Below are positions 24,391-37,581 of a DNA stretch of 64,000 nt, in pieces. Position 1 is the stretch's first letter; each line of letters begins with the position of its first letter. The notes under the pieces were generated by a model that did no database searches, had not been told where the DNA came from, and saw only the letters and a list, made by a program, of their open reading frames with translations. The stretch covers positions 667,871-731,870 of the forward strand of contig BFEA01000019.1 of assembly GCA_003427395.1 (NCBI GenBank). Reading direction: 5' to 3'. Made by a program: the position numbers and the translations under genes. This DNA comes from Chara braunii. Lineage: Eukaryota > Plantae > Charophyceae.

Positions 24391-24562
24391 TGTACGGGAA
24401 CGCTGGACCCAATTTCCAGCAGGTGTAGCTACCCACCCATAGATGGAGCCTTCGACGCCGGGGCCTACTTAACGGGGATGCTCTTATCACCTCATTAAGT
24501 AGGTTTCCCGTATACGAAGTTCAAAAAAAATAAAATAAAATAAATAAATAAATATAAATAAA
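24391..24562 (+). mobile_element. Most complete family-C structured repeat, with A-rich tail
   Basis: TGTACGGGAACGCTGGACCCAATTTCCAGCAGGTGTAGCTACCCACCCATAGATGGAGC, hairpin CCTACTTAACGGGG/CCTCATTAAGTAGG, then (A/AAAT)n. Confidence 0.65.
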
Positions 24563-25950
24563 AATGGTACTTATCTTTCTTTCACTACCTACCTCCCACT
24601 ACTCTTAAGGCTATACAAAAGACCCCTGCAAACATAGCTTTCTTCACCGAAGAGAGGTTGACACTAAGCTTAGCAGGGCCCGTGCACAAGATGAATGGGT
24701 CCAATTTTTAGGGGAAATTGTGTGTGCACCCCACTTAAAGATGGGAATACCCAGTCCCAATCTAATGGGGCTGAGCGGGTTTGCTCAGATGGCCTGTTTG
24801 GCCTTTTTTCGATGGTACGTGTAGCCTTGACCTTGTCGACTATACCTGACCGTTGTCTGAAGATCTCTCTTCTTTTACTCTGCATGATTGTAGTTCTCCT
24901 GGTTTGGTACTGCTTATCTGTCTGTTTTTTTGTGCTTCTTCGGTGGCTATAGGACCGGTTTTTCGATGAATCGCCTTGTGTGAACTGGTGCTGGACTTAT
25001 TAGCGACCCTTGGGGTCTTGCCGCACGGCACACGAAACAAAAACGAAATGAGTGCATCTGCCCACGAAAGGTGGCAACATACACTCCTCCTATTTATAGC
25101 AAACCGATGAACCTGGTCAGTTTCTGCAGGAAGATGCACTCGTTTCGTTTTTCGTTTCGTGTCCCGTGCGGCAACGCCCTTGGTGCCTTGTGAGACCTGG
25201 TAATTGTCGTGCGAAACATCCCTTGGTGCACCTGAACTGCTTTGCGGCATCATTCACGTAAAACGGTTGTATGCCTGGAAACAGGTGGGGGACCTCTTCC
25301 ATCTACCGTTTGTCACAACTTCGGGAACCTTTGGGTTTGTTTTTAGGATATACTGATGGTGTGACCCGCAGTCCGCCTCTCATCGCTAGAACGTGCGATT
25401 GCGGTTGTGACGTATGTGTTGGCGACGCCACTAGTAATGTGCTTCCCTACGTTGGGTTTTACTCGATGGCACAACAATTTTCATTAGTCGGATTTTGCGC
25501 CATCGCTGCGCTGTGCAGACATGGAGTTTGATACTAGTACCCCCAGACATGGAGTTTGATACTAGTACCCTGCCAGACGAGCAGCTTCGAGATTGATTAC
25601 GCCTGTACCTGCTGGAGGGGTAATGTGCTTTGCGGAGCGACTTGCTGCTTGTGTGTCTTGTGAACGGTTTGTCTGTGTGTCGTGGGTTGTGCAGGTAATT
25701 TCTTGGCGGCACCCTCTGAACGGCAGGTTCCTCGGCTCTCTACTTCAGTCGTGATGATCCTTTGTCATCCTTAGGCAGCCATGTGTCATACTCAGAGGTG
25801 GAGGGGCATATGTGTGCACTCAATGGTGTCATTTCCGCATCTGGTTAGGGTAGTACCGTAGTAGTAGTGCGTAGAACAGGTATTGGATAGTATAAAAGGG
25901 GCAAGTCGTGGGAATGGCCTCATGTAGTATGCCAGCATTGTGTAATCTGG

Positions 25951-25994
25951 CCTCCTGATGAGTCCGCGTGCGGGGCGGACGAAACGTGGCGAGG
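25951..25994 (+). ncRNA. Minimal type-I hammerhead ribozyme motif (Penelope-like), degenerate cleavage site
   Basis: CCTC-CTGATGA-GTCCGC(GTGCGGG)GCGGAC-GAAA-CGTGGC-GAGG: intact core boxes, perfect 6-bp stem II, stem I CCTC/GAGG. Confidence 0.7.
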
Positions 25995-28299
25995 GTTCGG
26001 ACCACTTGGTTGGTGTTTGTTTGATTTCTCAATGTCAGTGCTGATCGGTTCCTATTGTCTAAACTTGCATGCGCAACGAAGCTTGGATCTATCGTTGTAT
26101 CATGATTGCTCTATTCTCGTGTTGATGTTGTCTTGCGGGGCAATTTTTCTCCTTCCCAGTGCCAACTTGTACCTGTACCCAGAAAACTGCGGTGGGAATT
26201 ATTTGCATGCCCAAAACTTAGGTGAACCCAGGTTGGTACCGCAAAAATACAATCATAACCAACCGCCGGAACGCACGAATCATGGACATACCCAGGCAAA
26301 ATTATGGGCATACCCGGGACTAAGGTGGACCGACCAAATTATTCATATACCCTACTACAGGATGCCTGAAATTATGCTCATACCCACACCAGCCGCTGGG
26401 CCACAAGGGTCCTCGTGGTGGGCATGAACATAATTTTGTGGTACAATCCAAGGCCCGCTCATGGCTGAGGGTACACACGCAATTTTGCCAGCCTGTTTCT
26501 AGGCATGCGCATAATTTCGTTGCCCGAAACTTAGGGCCTGCGGGACTCGGTATGCCTACAATTTGGCACAGGGAAAAGTCGGGTACTTCGCAAAATTGAA
26601 CGAGGTCCGGGTATAGATGCAAGTTGGGCGTTGGGGCTATGTATAGCGGGTATTCCCATCTTTAAGGGGCCTGTGGGACTGGGTATGCCTACAATTTGGA
26701 ACAGGGGAAAAGTCGGGTACTTCGCAAAATTAACCGGGGTCCGGGTATAGATGCAAGTCGGGCACTGGGACTGAGAATACCGGGGGCCATGTCCCACTTG
26801 TCGAAGTTTAGTTCCGGTTTCGAGTAGAGATGGCCCCCTGCCATCGAATCTGAAAATCTCACAGCCACAGTGTGACCACTTTGAAAAAAGACACAAAACA
26901 TAAACTCAACCGCTACTAGGGGATATGGCCCTGGGAACTCCCAACTTCTTCTTTTTTGTTTTAATTCCCATCTTTGAATGGGGACAAAATCTACGGATGG
27001 AATTTTCCCTCAAAATTTTAGAAGCAGGCTTGTCCGTTTTGAAATCAATGGTAAGGGCGATACCCGCTTGACTTGGACAAGCCCGCTTTGACGGGCTGCT
27101 ATCCAATGCGAGGTCCATGTACGTACCTACCGTCTTCACCCGAATAGAACGCCCGGTCGTTATAGCCGTATTTAGTGCAAACTTTCAGTCCCAGTACAAC
27201 TATAATGACTTGTCGTTCTATTCGGGTGAAGATGCTCGTTTTTCGCAAGTAGGCCCTGATCTTCTTTGGGTCCCTTCAGATGGTAAGTGGGACTTGAAAC
27301 CACAAGGGGTACCAAGGACTACAACGTGCTTATCGTTTTGGACTGGGATTTGAACACCAGTCAGTCGCGTGTGTTTCTTTCTTTTGGAACGAAGTACAAG
27401 ATGGTATTTGGAACCCGCTCAATCGCGAGTTTTTTGTTCTTTTGGAACTAAGTATAGGACGGGGGTTATTGGTACCACTAGGAACTATGATTTGCTGGGA
27501 CTAATTTTTTGTTTTCGGTTACCGCTGTTACCACCATAAATAGGTTGTGTTTGTACTTACGAATCCTCTTTCAGGAACTCACGCTTCAATGTCCAAACGG
27601 CTGGAACGAGAGGGGCCACAGGAGTGGGTTAGCGACTGTTCTGCACAGTTGACGGACGGCTTGGCGGGTAACCCCCTGCGCTTTGATTTTCCAATTTAAT
27701 TTTTGGTTTCCTATGTACAGTCAACACGATATACATTGACGAGTAGTGTGATGAGAAAGGAAAAAGGACAAAGAAAAATCGTGTCTTAATGCGCGAAGGA
27801 CTGCCCTACGTGTACGCTTTATTTTGATTGAATTCCGAGTCATAATCCAAATCGTTCCGACCTTACCACTTTTCTTCCTTTTGGCATATATGCATATGGA
27901 TTTTTTATTCCAATCCGGTTGGTTGGTTCGGTCGAGCGTTGCTTCATCTGGATGATACTATACATAATACCATGATCGATTGTGTTGAAGAATTGTGCCC
28001 TTGGCCTTGGGCTGTGTGTACCCTTGCTTGGGTTTATGTATGGGATATGGGTTCCAACTTCATGTAGCTTCAGGAGGTAGCTGGAGTCGGGTAATGGCCC
28101 CGGAAAGAAAAAGCACAACCAAGCTCCCGTCGTGCAGTGAAGTGCAAAGGAAGTGGAGGGGGGGATAATATTCCAACACGTAATCTCTTAGACAACCAAC
28201 TCTCCATCCTTATCAGAGTATTCGTGTAATTGAGACGCTGGAAAGGGTCGGTTAAAAATGGTGTAGTAAGGGTTTAACTTAAGGATACTTGAAGTTGTG

Positions 28300-31200
28300 A
28301 GATAGATGAGTGACCCAGTAGAAATTGTGGGCGCGACTCAGGTATTCAAGTTGCCATCACTCTCAGGAGACTTTGGAAGGGTTGATTGAGTTCATACCCT
28401 TGGGCCGACTTTGAATTTTAAGAAAAAGGTCCAAGGTTCTAATGAGTGATTGGGTTGTTATTACAAATATACCAAACAATGCAGATAATGTCTTAGAGGT
28501 TTGTGAGGATGGTGAAGTCCTTCCCACATATGAGTTAGCTCAAGACCATTCTACAATAATTAAATACCAGGATAGTACTGGATGGGTAAGTATGAATCTT
28601 GTTTTCACGATCAAATTGTTAAAGCACATAAACAAATAAGCGACCTTCAAACCTAACATACCCATTAGTTATTTGATTTTTTATCCAGATAATTAGAAAT
28701 GGTATATGTCATTGGTAAATTGTAAGCTATCATCAATTTATCTTCATACCTAGTCTGTTAAGTCTACTTATCGTATGTTAAGTCCACATATTGACTGGTT
28801 TAGGACGATCAAGACAAACCAACCAAAGTTGCTTCGCTTCAATGGTAAATAGAGTTGGCTTCCTACTAACGATTGGCGTATAGATAAGACCTCATTGCAA
28901 CACAAAATGATGTTCTCATTGTGTAAATTTTGTAAGACGTTTTTTTCATCTAGGCTAATCTCAAAGAATGATGAGTATATCTTCCTAGAACGCCATGGTG
29001 CAATTTGGATTTGGAGATGGTGGGATTGTGTTTGGTTTAACCTTGGAACTGCGATTCAGTGGTTATGGGACTCAAAGACTCTTCTTCTGGAATGTTGGTT
29101 TCCAGAGGACGCTGATGATTTCTAACACGATCTATTCATATCATTGAAGGAGGGTTGTCATATGGGCTATCTTGGCAAGAAGGTGTACCTATAAGATGGA
29201 AGGAGCTATACCTAATGACGCATCATTCATTGAACCTATCGAACAATAGGTACAAATACAAATTGTCACTGTTAAAAAAAAATTATATATATTTTGTAAC
29301 CTCAAAATAAGAAATACTTCAACACATTCAACAATTCAATCTTTGCTGGCTTGGGGGGAACCAAGGGGGAAAGATAAGGCAAGTAAAGTGGAAAGGTTCA
29401 GGGAGACTGGATCAGAAAAATGTTAAAGGACTATCGGTTCGATTTTAATAAGTGGGCACTAATTGATATACACTACCTGTACATCCCCTTGCAAAATTCC
29501 CATATCCCTTTCCTCCCCCAAATTTGAGCATGGTTCCAGGAGCATGGTTTGATTATGAGTAAGAAAATGTCAGAATAATACCAGGAATGAGTATGAAAAA
29601 ACTTGTTTTAGAGTTAAAGTAGGATTGCATGATGAAGGATATCAGGGCTTCCTTATTTGATCTAGCAACCACTTAATGGGTGAAGAGGTAGCGTTTACAG
29701 TCCATTGCAATCTTATGTCGGCTCAATCATTCCTTGTTCTCTGTCTAAAGCTACATTATTCGATTTGTGATTGATGGGACGTTGAACCGGGTCTCCAGCA
29801 GGCGATACTCCCCAGCAATAGATGAAGCAATTTGGTAAAAAACTAAATAAATAAAATGCGAGTCATCAATGGGCTGCTGGAGTTCCCCATCGGGATTCCT
29901 TCCTTTTGTCTCAAGAGTCTACCTAATGCCCACAAAAGTGACATAAAGACATATTATTCAAATCGAATTCGATTTGCTCCTCATCAATGTAAATTTCAAT
30001 GCAAAATCATTTCACACCCAACCTTCTTCATTATTATTATTTACAAATGTTATTGTTTCTCCCCTCATCCCCACCAGCATAATTTTTTTTCCTTCCTTCT
30101 CATACAATGCAACCCATTCAATAACCGTTCTTACGAACTCATAAGGTAACTTAAGAAATATCTTTAAGTTACTCCTCTCTATTCTTCCTTTCTTGTGCCT
30201 GGCGACTCATCTTTTCCAGCTTCCTTCATAGTCGATGTATTGATTTGAGGTTGAATTGAGTTTCCTTCGAGAGTGGAAACAACAGCGCCTTCACAACTCT
30301 CTGCTTCGCCAATTTTGCTGGTTTCGAAAAGGGATGCGAGATTGGTCAGAACTTCAAGGGGTCTTTGTGGTTTGGCATCACATAAGTTCTTCTCCCTTGC
30401 CTATCTTCTCCAGCCCTTTCTCCCTAGACTTCTATTTTGCCTATGTCAACACATCCTCTTCATTCTTCCACACCGGCCCGAAAACCGGGTCGTCCCAAAA
30501 TGCCATTTGCATCTCTTTTGTGCACAGCACGAGGGACATCACCATGGTTTCAACTGAGTTTTTATCCAAAGGGCTGAACACCTCACACTTTCATCTTTGT
30601 TTTAACCCCAACATATTATCAATCACGCCTTACTTCACTTATTGCCTTGTTTGATCTCTTACATCGTCCATGTGGTGTCGATCCCTGCCTTGGTAAATTT
30701 GTTATTCACCTTCCAGACTCTTTCTCATTGTCATTCACCCTTAGAACGTCCTTGGAGTCGTACACACTCTCATGACTCTCATTAATGTCGTTTCTAGTAC
30801 TTACACGGAAAACAACCTGCCATTTTGATCTCCGAAGATCAAGATTTGCACAACTGCTACCATCTGGCGACTCATTCTTTCGATGGTTATGGAGAAACTC
30901 TTTGATGGTCTTGTTCTTCCGCACGACCAACTGAAACTTTCGGCATTGCAGCTTCGCTATCGTCCCTGACGTATACTCTTCCAATCTTCCCCGTTGTAAT
31001 ATTCTTGATCTTACCTCTCCTCGTTCGACTCATAGTTCCCTCCTATTGTTTTCTTCGTTGAAAATTCTGACATGGAATTCTCCCTTTCAGACTCCATGAA
31101 CCACATTCTTCGAAGTATTCCTAACACTCTCTCAGGAGAACGAATACATGTTCTTGTACAACTCTACCAATTGTTTTGGGGTCATGGTCTCAAGCTTTTT

Positions 31201-31300
31201 ATTTGACTAAAACTGCTTTAAGACTTGATTCAAGATCTTCCTTACCTTCGATTCACATGGAAACCTTTCAAAGTCTCTCAAGAACTTTATACTTCCTACC
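28300..31300 (-). mobile_element. Heavily decayed Ty3/gypsy-like gag-pol remnant
   Basis: Minus-strand peptide traces resemble RT-RNaseH connection motifs (about 28575 LTHPVL; about 28650 QLMGMLGL, cf. LRxFLGL). No intact ORF; boundaries approximate. Confidence 0.4.
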
Positions 31301-31694
31301 TCCTAAAAACACTTTCCGTGTGGGGGTAAAGGGAATTTAATGTTTTCCAAAACATATGGAGGTCGAATCCATCTCTAAAGTTTGCGTTGTTTTTTTTTTC
31401 TTCTTTTTCTTCTTTGATGTGACTTTTTTTTTTTTTTTTTTTTCTTCTTCTTCTTCTTCTTTGCTGTTTCTTTTTTTCTGTTTCTTCTTCTTTTTCTTCC
31501 TTGCTGTTTTTTTTTTCCCCCTTAATCTTTTTCTTCTTCATCTTCTTTTTGTTCTTCTTCTTTTTGTTCTTTCCTTCTTCATCTTCTTCGTTTTTTTGTT
31601 CTTTGTTTTCTTCTTTGTCGTTTCAGTTGTTGTTTCTTGTTCTTCTTTTTCTTCTTGTTCTTCTCCTTCTTCTTCGGGCAATTAGGCGGCGATG

Positions 31695-31754
<60 letters not shown>

Positions 31755-31780
31755 CTGCCTCGTGGCAGCACGACGATGGT

Positions 31781-31818
<38 letters not shown>

Positions 31819-32149
31819 TTCTTCATCGCTTTTTTCTTGTTCTTCTTCTTCATTTTTGCTGGTGGGGGGGNNNNNNNNNNNNNNNNNNNNNNNNNNNNNN
31901 NNNNNNNNNNNNNNNNNNNNNNNNNNNNNNNNNNNNNNNNNNNNNNNNNNNNNNNNNNNNNNNNNNNNGGGGGGGGGGGGGGGGGGGGGGGGGAGCGACC
32001 TGCACAGGCGGCGCGCGGCTCCGCCTTTCCAGGGCGTGGCCGCGTGGAAACATAGTCACTCTGCCTACGCAACGGGGTAGCAGCCAGCCTCTTTGGCCGC
32101 GTCTTAGGCCGCGGGATCCGCGGCTGAGGGTGCCACATAGGTAACCTGG

Positions 32150-35100
32150 AAGACCAGGTATTAAAAATGAAGACTCGTCACGACACAGAGGAGTGAAAGG
32201 AACGTGAGAAGAAAGAGATGGAGGAGAAACTGGCACGTGAAAAAGAAAAGCAACTGAAGAAAGAGACAAAGAAGAAGGAGAGAAAATTTTCATAGAGAAT
32301 TTGGGGAGTCAATGAATTCTCGTGTCGATGCGGTACTTGAGGGGTTACTCATAAAAAAAAATAAAAATAAAAAAAATGATGAGGAGCTCGATAAGTTGAA
32401 GGCGGAGGTCGAGAGTTTGAGACGGATGCAGTTTACAATGGGGGCAAGCGGTGGCAATGTTCCGCCCTTGTCTACGGATGCTATTATTAAGCATAGTAGA
32501 GAACAGGAGGAAGATCCGATGAAAAAGAAAAGAGAATGAAGAGAATGGAGGTAGAAATTCGACAGTTAACATGACAACACGTTCGGAAATGCGAAAGCAT
32601 GGAAACTAGAAGCACATCGGCATGGGAACAAACAACGCAGTTATTGGACAGACTCCCAACTACACAAGCAAAAGTTCGGCCAAGGTGTGCCTCGCTCAAG
32701 TCTCCAGACTCCAAGCACTTCTAACCCCTTCAATATCACGACATGTTACGCTCGGCAAGGGCAAGCTCTAAAAGAACAAGAAGCCTTGGAACATAATGGA
32801 CGACATTTGGCAGAACAGGAAGTGGAGAGATTGAAGGAGTTACGAATAGGCGAAGTTGGAGGTTGTCGAGAAGTTGATCAAGAAGTTAAACTCAAGAATG
32901 AGATCGCAAGATTAAAAATGGAGACACCGCAAAGAACTCCGGGAACTATTTTGCGCTCGAGACTGGGTGATGTATCATGAGCATCAGGAATGAAGACAGG
33001 GAAAGGAAAACATCAGGCGGACCAAGTGGGTCTAATCAATGAGAAAAAACACTTTTAACACCTTGTAGAATCTGATTAAATTTTTTAAGAATCTTTGCAA
33101 TATCCAAGTTCACCCAGGCCAATTTGGCATGAAAATCGCCACGTGCGGCGTCCATTGAAAAAATACGATATCACGACTATCTGTAAGCGTGAAGGTGTAG
33201 TATACACGACACTTGAACAGGCAAAAACAAACATATTGCATAAGAGGGTTTCGCTTGCCTTCGGAGATTACGTACCTTCGTCGGTGGATGTTTCTGACGA
33301 TACAAATTACTCCGCCGACCTCGAAGGAACGAACAATGCCAAGTCAACATCTTAGGTTCCATCCCGGGTGCGTTGCAGTTATGGCAATTAACTTAGGTAA
33401 GTTAGGTTCCATCCCGAGTGCATCTTGGTTATGACAGTTATCTAAGTGGTGCTCTGCTCTCCGTTGCTCTTTTCCAAGTCTTCTTCGGTGTCGTGTGGTA
33501 AGTCGTATTCTCTGCTCAGTAGTCGTTGGATTGATTCTGCTTCAGGAAGTCGATGGAGTTAGTCAGTTTGAAAGTTCATGACCATCTATCTCGACTTATG
33601 GCCCCTCCTTTCATTCTTGATGATTGTATGTGCACTAATTTATATTCTCCTCTCTCCATGGTACCGACATATGTAGATAAATCGCACCGATCACTACTTA
33701 TTCATCAAACGTTAGTGAGTAATGGTTATCGTTCTATATCGATGCTTGAGGAGATGCGGAAGTCACATATATGTTGCCGTGCTTGTACGACCGAAGGCGC
33801 AATAATTGTGAGCAATTTTTTATTTAGAACTTTTCATCATACCGATCACGACTTATTCACGAGGTGGAATGAGCATGTATTTAGAGCTTCTAATCAAACG
33901 TTGGTGAGTTATAGTTATCGTAATGAAAGACTATATTGATGCTTGAGAAGATGCGGAACTCACATGTACGTTGTGGTGCTTGTACGCCCGAAGGTACAGA
34001 TGATTGTGAGCAATTTTTTATTCAAAACTTTTCATCTCCCTCCAATGTTAGAGATAAGCCGCGTCGGTCAATGTGGTAAGGGCGTGGACTTTGAAAGAAG
34101 TTAAGGGAGAAAAACCGTCGGGGGAATCTGTTGAATGAGGCAACTAAAGATCACTGGGTGGTTGTTTTTCGATCAAGTTCTGGTGTCGTTTCATCAAGAT
34201 TAAGCAGAATTTTGGATTGTTGTTATGATGACAGACGTCAAAGATGTGTGGTGGTTGGCAGTGGTGATTATGCTTTGTTTGAATCTTGGAACGTTCTGCG
34301 TATGTGATACAAGATTTGAATGTCCTAATCTATCATTAAGAATTTGAATCCTTATCGTTGTTATGATGACAGACGTCAAAGATGTGTGGTGGTTGGCATG
34401 TTACTCTTCGTTTGAATCTTGGAACGTTCTATGTACGTGGTATGGTACCTCTATTGTTTGCTGTAAGTTTGGTACCAAGCAACTGTGTAGGTCTCGAGAG
34501 TGGTTACGAGGTGGAATCGTTCTCACCTTCCGTTCTGTCATTTTGTTTCTGGGGTCCTTTTAAAAGCTGAAGATCCCCTTGACGAGAACGCAGATTGTGC
34601 TTCAGGTGCTATTGCCACTTCGTGGCCTGGTTCCCGCTCTTCGAACCCTGGTATGTGTGCGCTTATTCAACGCAATATACAGGAAAACGCTGTCTCTTTC
34701 CTGACCGAACGCGTCTACTTCCTAATCCTACCCGCTCCTCCCGCACCTCACGTTCACGAACCCTTTCAACTGCGTCTCGTAAATATGGTTGCTGGTTGAC
34801 CAAGGGTTCATCCTTCCCGGTGAACCCCTTTCACGACAGGCGATGGTCCCCATCTTCAGTTCGTCAATTTGCTTTTCAGTAATCCAATTTCTCGAAAAAC
34901 TTTTTATCCCCGGGTGTTTGATCAACTAATCTTCGCCTACTCTGCTATTGGTAGTTTCTTTGAGACGCGCACAAGGGCGGGCTCGATCAAGGTGTATTTT
35001 GTCCTGTGTCGCCAACGTCCGTTTTAGCGTATATTAATGTGGCTCGATCAAGGTGTATTTTGTCCTGTGTGGCCAACGTCTGCTTTAGCATACATAAACG

Positions 35101-36730
35101 TCTCGTGGTTCGCACAATTTATAATAAGAATCTCCGCAAAGCGGCTGTCAGGAAAGTGCATGCGATTCGTCTTCTATCGCTATATGTGGCATGGGAAGGT
35201 TTGTTGGTGTGGCGGATGCTCGTGCATGGTGTAAGAACAAGTCGGTGGGTGATATTATTTTCAAGTATCGAAAAGCGGCACGTGTAGCAGCGGTGGAATG
35301 CAACCGTTCTACTTTTGATCTATCCTTCCCTGATATCATGCTATATTCTAAAAGCATCTTACGTCCTTCATAGCGTTTTGTTCCATATTTACGTCATCGA
35401 CTTTTGAACGTTTTTCACTCTCTTCAATTATCCTCCTCATCCTCTTCAATCTCTGGTGATCTATTCAACAAGGTTAACCTCAAGAATTGCTTGACCTCTG
35501 GCTCTGCGAATTCCTCCTCTACTCAGTCGAGTGTTGATTTGGTGGCAAGGTGTCGCCGTCGTCTTGAAGGCTTAGTTTGCTGCCCCATAGATCGTAATAT
35601 GGTTAACACGTTTGTGTGTTGTCTGGTGGTTCATAGAAAGGGTTCGGAGAAGCTGTTCAGTTTGGATAAACTGTTCTTACAGAACTCCTCTTCTGCTAGA
35701 TGTATAAAGAAACTTTTGTTCCATTTGTTGACATAAGACTGCTTGCACAGTTTGTTTGCAATTTGGTGCGCAGCGTGTAATCATATCATTTATACATAAT
35801 TCTCCAATCATTTGCGTACTTGAACGCATAAATTCATGAAAATGTATTACGTTATTTGCCTGTACGTGGTATTATTGGACTTATCTTTTTGCTGGAAATT
35901 TTCTTAGTTTCTGAGGTGCTTACTAATTGTGGGAGTAGGTATGCTGAATATGAATTGCAGAAGGTAGCTCCTTGGAAGAAAAACATGTCGGCAGGGCATC
36001 TTGCATATTGAAGTATGATAATGAGAAGAGATGGTGGCCACTCTACCCATCCTATTCTGAGTGTTCGGCCTTTGGAGGACAATTGGTCTCTCGGAGTGTC
36101 AATCAGATGTTGTGGAAGCTTCCTCTAGATTCAAATTTCAAATTACATCTCTCAAGGGATTCGAACAAATGGTTCAAGCGGGATCAATTTTGGGTGTCTG
36201 TGCATTATTTGATGTGAAAGAAATGTTTTCAAATCTACTGCATTCTTCTTTTTCTTCTCGCATTGTGCTGGGCTGTTGACTATCAGCTCCGCATTCTTCT
36301 TTTCTTCTCGAATTGTGCTGGGCCGTTGATTATCGGCTGGGTAGTGGGTATAAATCCGTTGTTGTGCGGAAAAGATGAAACAATGCTAAATTGTGTAAAG
36401 AAGAAAGAGGAGCCCTGCTGCGGCATACCATCTGCATTCCCATGGGGAACTCTTAAGAGTCCACTATTTGCTTGTCTGCTACATGTTTTCAATGACTTTT
36501 CCTTTCCGACCTCCCTTTCTACTTTCACGTCCTCCGTTCCACAACTTTGAATTCCTTTGGCGGATGACGTGTCGGTATTTGTTGTGTGTGATATTCGCGT
36601 GACTGATTCGCGTAAACAGGCTGCACAGTTATTTGGAGTTTGTCATTGTGCTACAATGATAATTTGACTTTGGAAAAGACGACTGAGGGACAGACGCAGG
36701 ATTACTTAGATTCTACATGTTGAAGGTTTT
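32150..36730 (+). mobile_element. Decayed Penelope-like retroelement: coiled-coil N-terminal region, GIY-YIG endonuclease, then RT
   Basis: GIY-YIG traces at 33630-34050 (NLYS..TYV.., TRWNEH, ERLY, EQF...N). RT traces: DVKEMFSNL (36211), IPMGTLKSPLFAC (about 36436), LADDV (about 36558), LTLEKT..DYLD (about 36664). Confidence 0.65.
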
Positions 36731-36736
36731 TCCTGT

Positions 36737-36951
36737 TTACTTTAGCCAAGATTGGGTTTCGTTTCAAGGTGTTCTTTAGGTGTATTTCAGTTGGAATTCA
36801 TGCTTGGCATATGCCTGCATTGACTGAATTTTTTGGTGTCGATTCTGTATTACAATTTGGAGGAGGTACTTTAGGTCATCCTTGGGGACATGCTCCAAGA
36901 GCCGTACCTAACCGAGTAGCCATGGAAGCTTGTGTACAAGCACGCAATGAG
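36737..36951 (+). pseudogene. rbcL: Plastid rbcL fragment (NUPT)
   Basis: QDWVS...[53 protein letters not shown], with a frameshift and substitutions. Confidence 0.93.
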
Positions 36952-37296
36952 AGAAGCCGGGTGGGACGTATGCCTTACCCTTAAAAAGCAAGCAAGGGCG
37001 GAAGGGATATAAGTTTACTTTTTAAAGTATTCAAGATTTCGCATCCTACTCACGCAAGCCACAGAGAAAGGTAGATAAGTTCCTTCCTCCCGCCCTCGTG
37101 CCAGGAGCTCTACTAACGTTTTGAGGTACAGAACTTCCATTCCCGTTCACTCCCAAAGTCGAGTTGTGGCCAAGAGGTTATCCCTATTGGTATGTCAATT
37201 ATACTTTTATCAACTTTCCCAGGAAGTTTGCAAGATTTTAGGATCCTTGACTGCCCATCCTAACCGGATGGGGAAGTTTTTTTTTTCATTTTTTTT

Positions 37297-37581
37297 CTAG
37301 GATACCAGCCGGGCCGCCCGGCTCCCGGGTGGCCAGCCCGTGCAAGGATCAGGAAAGGTCCCAGCAAAAAAAAAAAAAAAAAAAAAAACCTCCAAAAATT
37401 CTGAAAAAAATACTATGTTATGCAGAAAAATAAACTGAACAACTTTTGCCTCAGGGTGACATCGAAATTCTTCACCAATTTAAAATACAAAATAAAATTA
37501 AAAAATATTTTATTTATTTATTTATTTTTAATTATTTTGGCCCGGCCGGGCAAGTGACCCCGGGCCACTCTGGTAGCCTAG
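37297..37581. mobile_element. hAT-like MITE (family D; CTAGGCTACCAG...CTGGTAGCCTAG)
   Basis: Short TIRs plus the shared body CAACTTTTGCCTCAGGGTCACATCGAAATTC. Copies at 40163-40363, about 38885-39048 and about 52070-52247. Confidence 0.65.

Noticed and set aside
25353-25430. Third hammerhead (CTGATGG + long hairpin)
   Set aside because: No GAAA box or convincing stem I; likewise CTGAAGA at 8375 lacks a proper core.
36769-36984. Functional nuclear rbcL
   Set aside because: Short internal fragment with a frameshift and changes at conserved residues.
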